Shown: positions 11,601-23,912, numbered from the whole stretch's first letter. The stretch: 63,874 bases of DNA, filler included, from Phoronis australis (GCA_002633005.1; 8 parts of 8 records of this genome joined end to end with filler, not necessarily neighbours in it); one strand, 5' to 3'. The notes: generated by a model from the sequence alone, not told the origin. Numbers and translations: made by a program.

Positions 11601-14600
11601 TATGAATGTATGTATGTATGTATGTATGTATGTATGTATGTATGTATGTATGTATGCATGTATTATGTATGTATGTATGTATGTATGTATGTATGCATGT
11701 GTGTATGCATGTGTATACCCAAAAGAGTCAGCTTGACTCATTGCTAATTCTGATCCCTAAGAAGAGCCGAGTTGACAGGAGGAAATGCAATGCCATCACA
11801 ACCATTTTAAGACTTTGGGCATTTTCATGTAAATTGCTTGATTATTCCACCACACAGATGTGTTATTTTGACTACATGCTGGTGGCAAAAATATAAACAA
11901 TCGTCTAAATACATCTGAGAGCATTTAAGCCAAATAAGAATACAGAAGGCTGTACATCAAGTATTGCAAACTAGCGTCAACTAGACGAATTCCATCCTAA
12001 TGCATGTAATCATAAAATGGGTATTGATCCCCTGCAAGTAAATGTACTGACCAAGGGCTTCAAAACTGGTGCTCAGTGGCAATACTTGGAACAAGCCATT
12101 TTAAATGAATTTAAAAGAATTAGATTTATTTATCTTAAAAAAGCACGCAATACATATACCAGACTACGCAGACGTCGCGCTTCTAATCAGTTGATCAAAT
12201 GTCACTTGCAACTATGGTCATACCAAATTCATTTCCTGGATGATAGCGTCCGTCACGTGAACATAGGGTTTTTCCACTTTCCTTAACGCTACCAACTGAC
12301 CGGAGAACACACCCACAGGGGCAAACGTCTGCCTAATGGTGGATGCTGACGACTTTGACGATTTGCTGTCCAAATGTGAGCAATCCGAAGAAAGACTTTG
12401 CGTGGCTGCTCCATATTCTGTTACTAGATTCTAAACGACGTAGATGTAAGTAACAAGCCAATTGATTCAGGATTTATCATCCGACATGGGGTTGGGACTG
12501 CCCGTGAGAATCACGGACGAGGTTGTGTCAAACCTGTGACGGGAAGGACAGAATATCTAAAAGTTCGTTCAATTTGCCGTCACAATATTAAACATAGGCC
12601 CACACGAAAAATTAGGAAATTAGCTTCCGTGTAAAAATAAATTCATGTCACGTTGTATGATGCAGATGCAGAGCTATTGCTAGCGATATCACTTCAATAC
12701 ATGTATCTGCTCTTCACTGCAATTTTAATGGTATGCTATTAATAAAACAGTCAATGACGCAATTTTCCTAGTCCCTTCCTACCCATTTTTAGTCTGTCCT
12801 TCCCATTTTTGTGGTGGTCCTTTGCATCGGAAGGTGCGTCTTTCCGATCGGCAGTGCGAGCTTGTATTATAAAGCCAGTGCTTACAAAGTTGGCGGCCTA
12901 GTTTGCATTATCAAGGATCATTTAAAAGAACGTAACCTACAGTGTAGTTTACTACTTCAAGAACCCTTATAGGCCACGATGTGTCCTTCACCAACGCATC
13001 CGAGGTATTACATTCTCAGTTTTGTGATTTCGTATGCTATCGGCTAACTGGATGTATCCACAACCGGAACAGGCATTTTCACAAGATGACCCTCACAACA
13101 TGTCGCTAGTGGTTTTGGTCACTGACATATAGTATTAATCAACTGCTCTGCGTTGTCGTTATGTTAGAATCTGAATGCAATTCGTATCAAGCCCGCAGCC
13201 AGCATTGCGAGGCGACTAGTTCGAAATTCCAGAACGGCGAATCTTTGATATTTTGCAATCATCGACACTATAAAGAATGAGACTCAAATTCAGATTTGGC
13301 CTGGTGTGATAGGTGCCCGCCTTCTTTATTAGGGATCGTGGGCTCGAGTCCCACTGGTCCACACTGCTAGACCTTTGAGTCACTTTTCTAGCTCCTCAGC
13401 TCGGTGTTAACTATATATATTAATAAAACACAAAACTAGTTCCAGGTGATTAGTGCAGTGGGCCCACATGCGCGGCCTGCGCACGTCTGGTACAACCTGT
13501 ATCAAATCTCTTGCAATTATTTTAATTATAATTGCTCACATCTCTGGAAATGGAAAAATTCCACCACTCCAAAGGTTCACTACTCTGAAGGTTCACTATT
13601 CCGCAGGTTCCCTAATTCGAAGGTGTAACTTTTATACTTTAACATGCAAAATAAACGATACTTTGCTTACTAAATGTACTGCTTCGTAAATATATTCTTC
13701 TGCCACAAGCGCCATTCAATGGACCATTCAATTCAAACCGTTCCAATAAGCCAATTCCGAAACCTCTTTTGACCCTTCTGGATGTCTTACTCCAGGCTTA
13801 GAACTTCATTGAGGAGAAAATGGCAGACGACCAGGGGATCATCAGTGCCAGAATAAGAATCGTCCGCACTATCTCTCAAATGATATGCAGCAATGCCGCG
13901 ATTAGCAGAGCTGCTACTCTCTATCAACGTAAGGAGACAGAGAGAGAGACACCTTTTCCACAGTATGTGGGTTTGAAGCTGCATGCCAATGACCGTCAGA
14001 AGGGAATCATTAGTCAGAACTTTTCCTCAGTTAGGCATACCAGCTTCTTACGATCGTGCCATGGGTGCCAGAAATGAATTTGCTCTGTGTCAAAGTGGTT
14101 TGCCGAAGATGGAATAGTTGTGCCTTTAAATACCAAGCGGGGAGTTTTCTCCCCTGGCGCAGTTGATACTATCGACGAGTCTGGTCGCACTGAGTTCCAT
14201 GGTACAGCTGTTTCTCTAACCAGTCATCCCAGTCACACAAACTCTGAGCTGTCCCTCCACCCCTAACCATGCATGCTGCTGATATCGCCAATACCAAGCC
14301 TCCTGATGACTTTGCCATTGCGGTCCCATACATGTACATTGATGAGCTTGCTGGAGATATCACCCTCCAGCCTATTCCAGCTGGGACAGTCAAACCTTTG
14401 TTCACTTACCCAGACAGAGAATCTTGATGAAGCTTGGCTCAGTCACCTGCACAATGTTTTTACTGAACATGACGGACATCTACAAGAGATGCCAGTGACC
14501 TACTTCTGCTTTCTTTTCACATGACCAACCTTCAGAAAACATCAGGCTACGGGCGACATGTGGCGTTTTTCCCATTTTCTATGAAAAGGCCTCAGCAATG

Positions 14601-17600
14601 GCTAAGCAGAAACACGCAGTGCTTGTGGTCAAAAGTTTGTAAATCCTGGCCACGTTCTAGTCATAGAAGGTGACTGTCCTCTCTATTCTCATCAGAAAAT
14701 ATTTCTGTGGGGTTACCCGGATGATCAAAAATGGTAGGCTTCATGAGCATGCTCCACATCGAAATGGCATCTCGAGTGTGTGAAGGTAAACTGTTGGATG
14801 GATCTGGATAGGACCACAGGCCCTAGCCAATGTCTTCACTCCTGGTGTTGCCCAATCTCTTCTATGTCAATCGTACTATGTATGCATATCTGCTCATTCT
14901 TTCCTGGCTTAATGAGTTATAGAAACAGACACATGATGAGTTCTGTCGTGATGTCTGTGGACCTCACCAAAGCATTGACATGAGGGAAAAACGAGTCAGC
15001 AATGTTCCAACAATTTGCCAATGGAAAATTGTGAGAGACTACCTGCTCATTAATTGTCACTTCATTCGAGTTCAAAGACTGTGGATAAATGTGTCCATGG
15101 TTTTATGCATTTGGACATGCGAATTACGTACGCTGGATGCTTGTTTTTTTGAGAGGCGGCACAACTTCCACAGACCCACCTTTCAGTGCACGAAGCTTTC
15201 ATGGAAGGGAAATTTGTTGTTCAACGCTGTGACAGGAACTTTTCTTCGATGGCTCTTGACCAAAGCCAAGAGCACAGTATCAAGTTCTTAAAGAAGGACA
15301 GTGGTGCAAAGGGACTCTATGGCCAAGAAAAAGAGAAGGAAATGATTGATCTCTCATAGTCACACCAAGGGTTACTTTAGGACAGTTGTGCAAACGTGAA
15401 GGTGCCTGCACTAGCGATGGCTCTTAAGTTTGACATTTCATCTTTCTCAATGTCTGGTTTCTTTATAAGTAAAAGATACAAACTAGCAGCCATCAGTATT
15501 TTGTGGACAATTCTGTTCATTCAGTTGTTAAAAAAGTATCTATGTTTTTATAGGTCTCAGTCTGGAAGTATTATCACAGTCAGGTGGACAAGTCCTATTT
15601 TGTGCAAATCTGGTTTTGGAAAATGGTAATTTTAGGATTTTTGTGCCACAAATCACATTGATATACACTGTACCTATTAATTAAACAAAATATCTTCTAT
15701 AAGGACAAACAATTAAATTTGAGTTGTTTGTGAATGACATTTGCCTCGGAACTATCATTTTGCATTGTAATTGACCTTAAAACATAAAACTAACACCAAA
15801 GATGAACTCTTCACACCCCAAAAAATTGAAAACATGACATAATTTGTTGTAGTTATAATAGTAGCTGAGATTCGCGACGTTTCATTTTCGGCGGCGGCCA
15901 TATTAAAATTTGAGCGTAGCAATGGTCAGCACACTTTGTTTTGCGGCGTTTTTTTTGAATTTCCTTAATATTGTACCAAATTGCAAAAACTTGTCACAAA
16001 GTGTATGCATGTACGTACTGAAAACAACTGAAAGACTTCGTTTGGATTTCGTGCGCATGCGAAATTGCCCGCATGTCTTACGAATATGCAATTGCATTTT
16101 TAAAATAATATGAAGTAGGGATATTGATGAATTACCAACCACGACACATTCGTCAAATCCATGTCAAGATTGCATCATTTCACTGTGCGACTGAAAAGTT
16201 TAGGGCCGCTGTGCCTCAACCTCGCGCACGGCCGGATTGAAACTAATTGTAGCTTGTAGGCTACCCAGTCCCTTCAGTTTTCTTAAATTTAAAACCGCGG
16301 CTGATTGCCGCAGCCTTAAGTGACGCGTGCCCCAGATGATGTCCCTGCTTGAAAATGAGTCGCTAGTCAGATTCTAGAATCAGGATTGACGGTGATTGGA
16401 ACTGAGCTCATTGGTAAACAATGTAATCACATTTTTAAGAACTACATGTATTCAACACTTGTACTCCCTTAAAAAGGTTACTAAATGGGCATAAATACAA
16501 CACTTTATTCGTGTGAGTTCCGAATCATTAGCAGACAATCACAGTGTTCTGTAATGAACGGTTGGAGCTCTGTTTTTGGAATTGTGGACATTCGAAGATG
16601 TGAGCTTTTGAAGGTAGCGAACCTTCGGAACAGTGAACGTTCGGAGTCTAGCAACTTCGGAGAAGTGAACTTTCAGAGCAGTGACATGAAACCTTAAAAA
16701 TCATTTCCATCAAGTTTGTTGTTTGTATGAAGTTTGCACTGATTGACAATAGAAGACTTTCTTCATTGACCAAAGTTTTTATTAGGTCTTACTAGATCTA
16801 ATTTTCCCTGATAACGTGAACAAACTCACCGGGGTTTTCTAAGTGCAAGAAAACACGATGGTTAAATGTCTGTTTTTGAGCAGGAAGTCCCTATAGTGAA
16901 CTTACCGTCGGCGTGTACTGAATTTAACAGAACGGAAACGCGTACACGCTACACGTATGCATACCAATTTTACGAATCCACACAATCAAAGTGGACACTG
17001 GATGAACAACAAACTCGACAATCACTTTCTATTCAAAACGCCAGCACTTTTCTGTACTATGCCAGTACGTACACCAAAATAACAGATAACAATTCTATTC
17101 TCTGCTGTTTTGGTTTATTTTAAAGCATTCACACCTCAATACGTTTTAGGAGCTCCCTCGCTGCTATTCCATCAGCAACCAAGGTATAGGCATTTACGTG
17201 TCCTAGACTCCTTTGTAACCCTGTGGTGAAGACACTACTCGCGTTCAACGCCGATGAATTGATAAAGTCTCCTCTAGTGGTCTGCTCGATCCTGTCATGT
17301 ACGCCAAACACCACTCGGGTGAAGTTGGCCGGTTACCGTGCGGCCCAATGATTATGTAAAGCACTTTGAATCAGAAGCGAATTCAAAATTTTCACTAACT
17401 TAGTTATCATTGTAGTTAGTGGTACCAGTAGCTGCGACAATTTTGTTGTTGTTGTTGTTGCTACTTCTATGTCCTATCTTGGGAGTGTACGTTTTCCGCA
17501 GGGGGTTCCATGGACCCCCCTGCGGAAAAGGTACAGCACCCTGGCTACGCGCCACCTATAATTCGAAACAAAAGGCATGGTTGTGACATTTGTTTATGCT

Positions 17601-20600
17601 CGCGTTGTCCCAAGTTAAGCAATCGCAGTGCCTCAATGAAATTTTTATGCGCCACAGTGTCGCCAGGAACGTCCGTGGTTAACAAGAGCAACACTTTTAT
17701 CTTACATACATGTGAATACGGACGTATAGGACAGCAAATACTTCTCCCACAATGAAATATGTGAACTCTAGTAAAGATGTAGCAAAACAGGATGACCGCA
17801 ACGAAACGCAACTTTAAGCTATGCAAGACAAGGTCCGAAATATGACAAGAACTGCGTGTATTCCCCGCCATCCCCACGCTCTTTTCCAGTGATGCCGCGT
17901 TTAGTGCGACTTGGGAAACTGTTGTGCGTCGGATGCAAGGCGTTTTGCCACGAGACGCAGCCAATCACATGTTGGTATAGAGTCCAAAATGATATTCTTC
18001 TCGTTTTATACTTGCAGAAAACATGTAGTTTTACTAAATATAATAGCTATATAATTGAATGCGCAGTTTCTCTATCTATCGGTCTACTTACCACGCTACC
18101 TTGGCTTGGTTTTGATGATTTCCCTGTTGTTGACGCCGAACTCATAAGTTCCTTTACATAGTCATCCACTCTGATCTCTGACCAGGGTATCTTCCAATCC
18201 ATACTGTGAAGAGCCTTGCGTTTGACTCTAAAACATAAACCAATGAATAGGTTCGGTGATTTCGCACAAAATCCTTCTGTCACCTGAAATTCTACAATTA
18301 ATATTTCCCCGTTGCGCTGCCAGTTGACGCCCATACGGAAGTTGACGTTTTGTGCAATTATGCATGGTCTGTTTAGAACCGCCAAGACCGCCTTAAAATT
18401 TGAACATTTGTTTAATTTTGACGGTTGCCGTCAGTTCTCACACATCAGTTTGAATTCTTGCCTAGTGACTAGTTATTGCAAGTTCGAAAGAAATATAAAT
18501 TGTGTCGGTGCCACAAACAGCAGTCAGCAATCTGGCAATATCTGAAAGACCCTACAAGGTGTGCACACCGATTTGAGAGGATTACACAAAATGATCTATT
18601 TGCAGTTAAAGGAATTAGTTATGTTGAATTTGTGTTAACTTCGGCGGTTCCGTGACGGGGACGACAGTTGTTTTCTCTGAGNNNNNNNNNNNNNNNNNNN
18701 NNNNNNNNNNNNNNNNNNNNNNNNNNNNNNNNNNNNNNNNNNNNNNNNNNNNNNNNNNNNNNNNNNNNNNNNNNNNNNNNNNNNNNNNNNNNNNNNNNNN
18801 NNNNNNNNNNNNNNNNNNNNNNNNNNNNNNNNNNNNNNNNNNNNNNNNNNNNNNNNNNNNNNNNNNNNNNNNNNNNNNNNNNNNNNNNNNNNNNNNNNNN
18901 NNNNNNNNNNNNNNNNNNNNNNNNNNNNNNNNNNNNNNNNNNNNNNNNNNNNNNNNNNNNNNNNNNNNNNNNNNNNNNNNNNNNNNNNNNNNNNNNNNNN
19001 NNNNNNNNNNNNNNNNNNNNNNNNNNNNNNNNNNNNNNNNNNNNNNNNNNNNNNNNNNNNNNNNNNNNNNNNNNNNNNNNNNNNNNNNNNNNNNNNNNNN
19101 TCAATTATCCAAAAGGGAGAGGAAAACAAAAATAGACTTTTAAGTCATGAAAAGTGGACTTAAAAGTGTAGACAATGGACCCGGCGTGCCCACTTGAGCA
19201 CAGATGTTTGACGGCAATATGGATAAGACACCATTCTCCATAGGCATATCCATTTGTTGTTCAAACTGGGATATCCGATCACGTGACACAGGTAATGATT
19301 AAGTCATTAAAGTTTAATAAAATCTGTCACCACAACTAACAAACGGTTCAGGGATGCCAGATTTAGATTGTTTGACATAATCATATCGTATGCAAGCTAG
19401 CACTAGAATTTTAGTATGAGACAACGAAACATAAAGATAGAACTAGGAGTATTTTTCTCAAAACAAACCGGCAAATTTGTCTACATTACGAACATTTAAT
19501 CATGTTGTACCACATGTTAAGCTTTGTCTTGCTCACAGAAAGTCTACTTGCTACAAAAATTGCGATGAAATCTCATGTTGGGAGATAACACGTGATTGCC
19601 TAGAATGTCATGCCTGCCGCCATTGAAGTTTCGCAGACCTTTTTCGGAACATATAGTCATTTGTTCTTTTCTTGGCAAAGCTAGCTCTTTGATAATTAAT
19701 TTCCGCTACAAAGAGATATACATCAGACACTATTACTTACATGTAACTTCTGTGGTTCTAGGAAAGTGTTTTTTCTGATAACTGCACGTTAACGCTCGCC
19801 AAGCATTAGTCGCGCTAGTTAATTCTGATCAGCCGAAGGCTTACGACATTTCAGGGTTGGTGAGGGTAACATAAGCGAATTTAGAGGGAGGGAGGGGGCC
19901 CGCTTCCCCGCTTGGCTGCCGCAAGCAAAATTAAACACCAACAGCGCGAAGCGTGAGGAAATATTGAGTTCTGTAACTAGAACCGGTAGCGGATGTGGGG
20001 GGAGTGGGGGCTCAGACCCCAGGTCGGCGGAATCGTGTTCCCGTTTTTTTAGTCCACCTATAGACTTTCCGAACAGAAGGTCCACATCCCCGGCCCGAAA
20101 CTTTCGGGCCGCCTGTGCAGATACAAACCCGCTTTGCGTAATTCCCTGAGGCAACGTGTTGGGTCCCACCCCCTTATGGTATCCTAGACTGGACCGCCAC
20201 TGGGTAACACAGAACTTTTTTACTTCAAACATATGACTTGTTGGTAGTTTAGGCCAAGGAAGGCTTTAGGATCGTTTAAAACACTTACCGAGTCATCACT
20301 GCGAACCCAACACTGAACGCCATGACAACAACCGCTGCAACCGAAACGCCAATGATAGTGTTGACTGAAATCAGAACATTATCGCCATGCATTGAATTGG
20401 CAAATGACGTTTCTACAAATAACAACTCCAACATTCTGACATACAAGTGTTGGAATTATTTTACATCTGTGGTTATTGAGTGAACATTGGGAATGTCATG
20501 TTCAAAAAATTTGAATACTTCGTTTAAAGTCAAGAAAACCTGTTGTATATGAAACTGATGTAAATTACGATTCATCCAGCTCCAGGCTGCATATGGTTTT

Positions 20601-21712
20601 CAGGAATAAGATGACGATAGGCTATGGTGTTAGTGTGAGCTAAGCTTTTATGTTGTTTGATGGATTTGATGTTGTTTGATGGAGTAAGTAAATAGATTTT
20701 AGAGCGCCTGTACAATTATATTTTATCTCATACCCGTGCTTGAGTCGTCAACCGTGAGACAAAACTCGCCATTCCAGCCGCAGGGTGGATGACCAACAGG
20801 AGGCGTTCTGCCGCCACCGGGCCACACAATGATGTTGGACGAAATTTCAAGTCTGTCACCAAGCTTTGCCCTAAAGATAAAGAAGTATTAAAATGTATTT
20901 GCAGTTGTAACCAGCCATAGCGTGTCGAGAGTCTTCTCACTGCCTGTTTGATTGCAAAAACTCATAAATATATCTATTAGGGTCAGTAATTATAGTAAGA
21001 TAATTCAATGATATTATTTTCGTGGGCTTTCAGGGGTCGATGGGATTCAGCAGTAGTCCATGAATTTCAGAAAGAAGTTTGGAAGTCGGCGGAACTCGTG
21101 GAGTAATTAATGAAACAGGCTTCCAGCATAAGGATCGCATTGGAAAAAGCTATTCCCAAATCATCTGCATGACAATTAATGTAATTCATGCGACCCATAT
21201 GTTTAAGGGTCCAAATCGAGTGCTCATACGTGATTTACCTGCTCCATTTGGGCCGCCCAGGACCATTGAAGCTTTGTTCGCATTATCGACCTACATGTAT
21301 ATGTAAGCACAATAGTTCAAGCCAAAAATTTTGCTTTATGAGACCAATGACCATGGGAAGACTATTGAAAGTCCCATACATGTAAGCTTCTGTGCTTGAG
21401 GCATAATTAGTTTTGGTCAACTTTTAAATTGGTGGCTAATATTGACTCTTCGCGGGTGCATACTTACGAGACGTTATGAACACCGACATCAGCGTAGAAT
21501 CCGTTGACATAGTTCTTAATGAGATAATTTGGAAAACGGTTGCCATTTTCATCAATATCCACCTCCCGTTCAATTCCGTTGAAAGTAACGTTAAACATGT
21601 TTTGACTGAGATGACTGCCGTTTTCGAGATTACCACCTTGAGCTATTGTTGCGTTTAGTGCCACGCCGAACAAAATAATGGCGTCGTACAGCAGCGGGGC
21701 ATGGCTGTCAGT
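2540..21712 (-). CDS. Membrane (receptor-type) guanylyl cyclase, NPR/ANF-receptor family; multi-exon, partial at both ends
   Basis: Hand-spliced GT-AG exons with compatible phases: 21468-21712, 20734-20870, 20289-20364 (TM), 18092-18227, 12224-12430, 10457-10633, 10090-10252, 6791-6940 (dup 8683-8832), 6324-6498 (dup 8180-8354), 5734-5874, 4248-4371, 4063-4131, 3127-3301, 2540-2638. Motifs: [86 protein letters not shown]. Confidence 0.95.
3127..3301 (-). CDS. Guanylyl cyclase catalytic exon
   Basis: [27 protein letters not shown]...LQLRIGMHT; TAG acceptor, GT donor. Confidence 0.95.
4063..4131 (-). CDS. Guanylyl cyclase exon
   Basis: [23 protein letters not shown], 69 nt, phase 0/0. Confidence 0.93.
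4248..4371 (-). CDS. Guanylyl cyclase exon (start of catalytic domain)
   Basis: [41 protein letters not shown]. Confidence 0.93.
5734..5874 (-). CDS. GC coiled-coil/dimerisation exon
   Basis: [46 protein letters not shown]. Confidence 0.93.
6324..6498 (-). CDS. GC kinase-homology exon (copy A)
   Basis: [17 protein letters not shown]...[14 protein letters not shown]. Confidence 0.88.
6644..6797. repeat. 47-54 bp tandem repeat x3 containing the splice donor (also at about 8530-8690)
   Basis: Unit tctttcacaatggggacgtgggaacacgcaacataccaaactattaccctttgg. Confidence 0.85.
6791..6940 (-). CDS. GC kinase-homology exon (copy A)
   Basis: [11 protein letters not shown]...[20 protein letters not shown]. 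Confidence 0.88.
7752..8075. repeat. 49-bp minisatellite, about 6.5 copies
   Basis: Unit aatatctacaacactatcgattataaccctgtaaaagtataaaagtgca; single copy in the paralogous segment near 9600. Confidence 0.95.
8180..8354 (-). CDS. GC kinase-homology exon (duplicate copy B of 6324-6498)
   Basis: Near-identical to 6324-6498 with intact splice sites. Confidence 0.7.
8683..8832 (-). CDS. GC kinase-homology exon (duplicate copy B of 6791-6940)
   Basis: Near-identical to 6791-6940 with intact splice sites. Confidence 0.7.
9700..10079. mobile_element. Non-autonomous TTAA-ended (Kolobok-like) DNA element fragment; sister copy at about 62549-63030
   Basis: Shared gaccatgtctttttagtaRaatttagca...ctcataca...; end ctacataccc-TTAA here and TTAA-ggttatgta at the start of the other copy. 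Confidence 0.55.
10090..10252 (-). CDS. GC kinase-homology exon
   Basis: [35 protein letters not shown]. Confidence 0.92.
10457..10633 (-). CDS. GC kinase-homology exon
   Basis: [59 protein letters not shown]. Confidence 0.93.
10880..11715. repeat. (ATGT)n microsatellite, about 830 bp
   Basis: Imperfect TATG array; source of the MYVC pseudo-ORFs. Confidence 0.98.
12224..12430 (-). CDS. GC juxtamembrane / start of kinase-homology exon
   Basis: Not in ORF track; [16 protein letters not shown]...[37 protein letters not shown], phase 0/0. Confidence 0.88.
13296..13530 (+). mobile_element. tRNA-derived SINE (copy 1)
   Basis: A-box-like tggcctggtg and B-box-like ggctcgagtccc; colinear with 62154-62380. 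Confidence 0.8.
13560..16695. mobile_element. TIR element with 15-bp subterminal repeats, flanking the Academ-like relic
   Basis: Left copies ggttcactactctgaa/ggttcactattccgca (13577-13625); right reverse copies ttcggaacagtgaac/ttcggagaagtgaac (16620-16690). Confidence 0.6.
13790..16020 (+). mobile_element. Decayed, internally deleted Academ-like DNA transposon
   Basis: Broken frames give [79 protein letters not shown], then a LCKREGAC* Cys-rich tail. Family assignment is from recalled motifs, not a search. Confidence 0.6.
18092..18227 (-). CDS. GC juxtamembrane exon
   Basis: [20 protein letters not shown]...SQGSV; WKIxW motif typical of receptor GCs. Confidence 0.9.
19880..20202. mobile_element. 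hAT-type non-autonomous element end; diverged sister at 23917-24215
   Basis: Colinear tgccgcaagcaaaat...accggtagcgga...tttttagtcca...tggtatcctaga..gccactg; terminus is the reverse of the CAGTGGCGGAT motif at 63837. Confidence 0.6.
20289..20364 (-). CDS. GC transmembrane exon
   Basis: [25 protein letters not shown]; TTTCAG acceptor, GTAAGT donor; phases match neighbours. Confidence 0.88.
20734..20870 (-). CDS. GC extracellular juxtamembrane exon
   Basis: [37 protein letters not shown]. Confidence 0.9.
21468..21712 (-). CDS. ANF-receptor ligand-binding domain, C-terminal exon
   Basis: [59 protein letters not shown]. Confidence 0.9.
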
Positions 21713-23136
21713 CTACAACCAATAAAATATACACAATCTTAGAAGCTTTAGAGAGTTCAGGAACGCGAAAAAACAGACTAAATTGCGTTATTCAATGTGG
21801 TTCTCTGCCACTAAAACAGAATTCAACGTGTTCAGCACATATTCTAACAGTTTGCTTCTAAAAAATTTCTGCTGATGTCAAACCATTTTTCTTTTACTTT
21901 CTGTCAACTGCTCGTCACTTCGTTGACTTTTCTCCTACAAGGCAAAGCGTACCTCCTTATTTGGTATGGGAAGACATAGTCGTAGTACATTTACCAATAT
22001 AAAAATGTGACCCTTAACTTTTGATGTATATAAAACAATGTCAATTGATATTTAAAATTAGTTATACAGCTATTGCCATCGTGGTATCCAAATATGTCAA
22101 TCTGCATTTGGAATTCTCTTTGGAAAATCTCTTGCTTTACTGGCTTGCCTCATACTGTGGTGTCGAACTCAGATTCGGGGTGCGACCACACATGATAATC
22201 TGCCCAGTCAGCTGTTTGTCGAATGACAGTGAGCGCATGCGCGCAGTTGTCATGAGTGAGAGGAATATTAGAAACTCTGCGGTGACTACAGACGTTTTCC
22301 CTTGCGCTTATTCCAAAAAATCATGAATTTTGTGATTTTTGTGGAAATTCCTTCACAGGGGAAAGTGAATCTTTAGTAGACGTTGCAAGATGCTACTTTC
22401 GTCAAGAATTGTTTAAAAGATATTTTTGACGAGCTTTCGCATTCCATGCCTCTTTAACGAACACACATGTATAGTTAGCGGATGACAGCAGTCGCTCAAT
22501 ACAAGACAATAGATTATTGTTTTAAATGCGTTACACTCGCCCCTTGTTGGTTACTGACGTTTCTTCAAGTCTGTAATGCTAGCCGCAGACGATGAGGCAA
22601 CTGCCGCGCCTCCGATTTATGAGCAAGCTGTGACTGCATGGTACAGCGCGCATGCACACTTTGTGCCGTTCTGGAAGCTACTCTATAACCAGAGTCCGTG
22701 ATTCATGTCATCAGCTGGCATGCATTACAATTATTCCCCTTAGAGTTTCAACTCCTGAAGAAAGCGGTTTTCAAGATCAGAGAACAACTTAGTCCCTTGT
22801 GAAGCGTTCTTGCGACCTCTTCTTAGAGCTCATAAGTCACAAACTAGTGTATTGTAGCTACCAAAGTCCAGTGGAACTACTTTAATCAACGGGTTTTTAG
22901 CTAAATCTGTTTGCCTAATATCTATGTACGTCTTCGGAAAAAAAAACGACTCCAACATGAGACAACTCCTACCCTAATATTTGAGGTTTAGTTACTCCAA
23001 CACCTAAACGAGCCTAAGCCAGACTGTGACTAACCCATCCTAATCGATTCACATATGCTCGTGGCTTAGCTGCGATGCTGAAGAAAATTTATTCGCTAAT
23101 TTCTCCTATAATGCATCAATTTTAAACATTCAAAGA

Positions 23137-23912
23137 CGGCTATGATTTTGTACTTTTTCAAATTGTCACCTCTGTGGTCACAGGTGATTGGAACCGTTGG
23201 AGAGAAATTTTCAATCACAAAGGGGATTTTTAGGCCTCGTGGCCGGGAATTTCGCGTGATTTTTCATTATTTTTGAGAGGGGAATAGGGCCGATATTTGG
23301 CCCCAAAATTGAGGGATTGAGGGCCCTGTCTTTTTTGTAAAGAAAAATGCATCGCGCTTCAACCCATAGACCCTATTCACGCCGACAGGAGGCGCGTTCC
23401 AAAACGAGACTCACTACGATAGCTCTGGTGGCTTATTCGCGTAGTTGTACTCCGCGTTGCTCGAACAGCTAGAAAAAATACGGACACTCTGTTTTACAAT
23501 CCCTAAGGACGTTGGGATTCGGAAGCGTTGGGTCCTTGCCATACGCAGCGACGAAGGAAAATATGTCCGTGTAAAATTTATAACTGTTTTCGAATCATAA
23601 TTTGTCGCATCTCGGACTGGATGCCGCCATAGCAACGAGGACCGGAGAATCTTCGGCCAGCCAGGCTGTGTTTTCATGACTATGGGTTGAAGCGCGATGC
23701 ATTTTTCTTTACAAAAAGGACAGGGCCCTCTATCCCTCAATTTTGGGGCCAAATATCGGCCCTATTCCTCTCTCAAAAATATTGAAAAATCAAGCGAAAT
23801 TCCCGGCCACGAGGCCTAAAAATTCCCTCTGTGATTGAAAATTTTTCTCCAACGGTTCAAATCACCTGTGACCACAGAGGTGACAATTTGAAAAATTACA
23901 AAATGATAGTCG
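23137..23912. mobile_element. Foldback/MITE-like element with about 230-bp inverted repeats
   Basis: 23137-23369 is the near-perfect reverse complement of 23680-23912. Confidence 0.9.

Noticed and set aside
10883-11896. Long MYVC/HTYI ORFs
   Set aside because: Translations of an (ATGT)n microsatellite, not protein-coding.
18619-19143. Poly-X ORFs
   Set aside because: They read through an N gap.
21239-21290. AG...GTAAAT-bounded mini-exon ([17 protein letters not shown])
   Set aside because: Flanking exons 21468 and 20870 already splice in phase; inclusion would break the frame.
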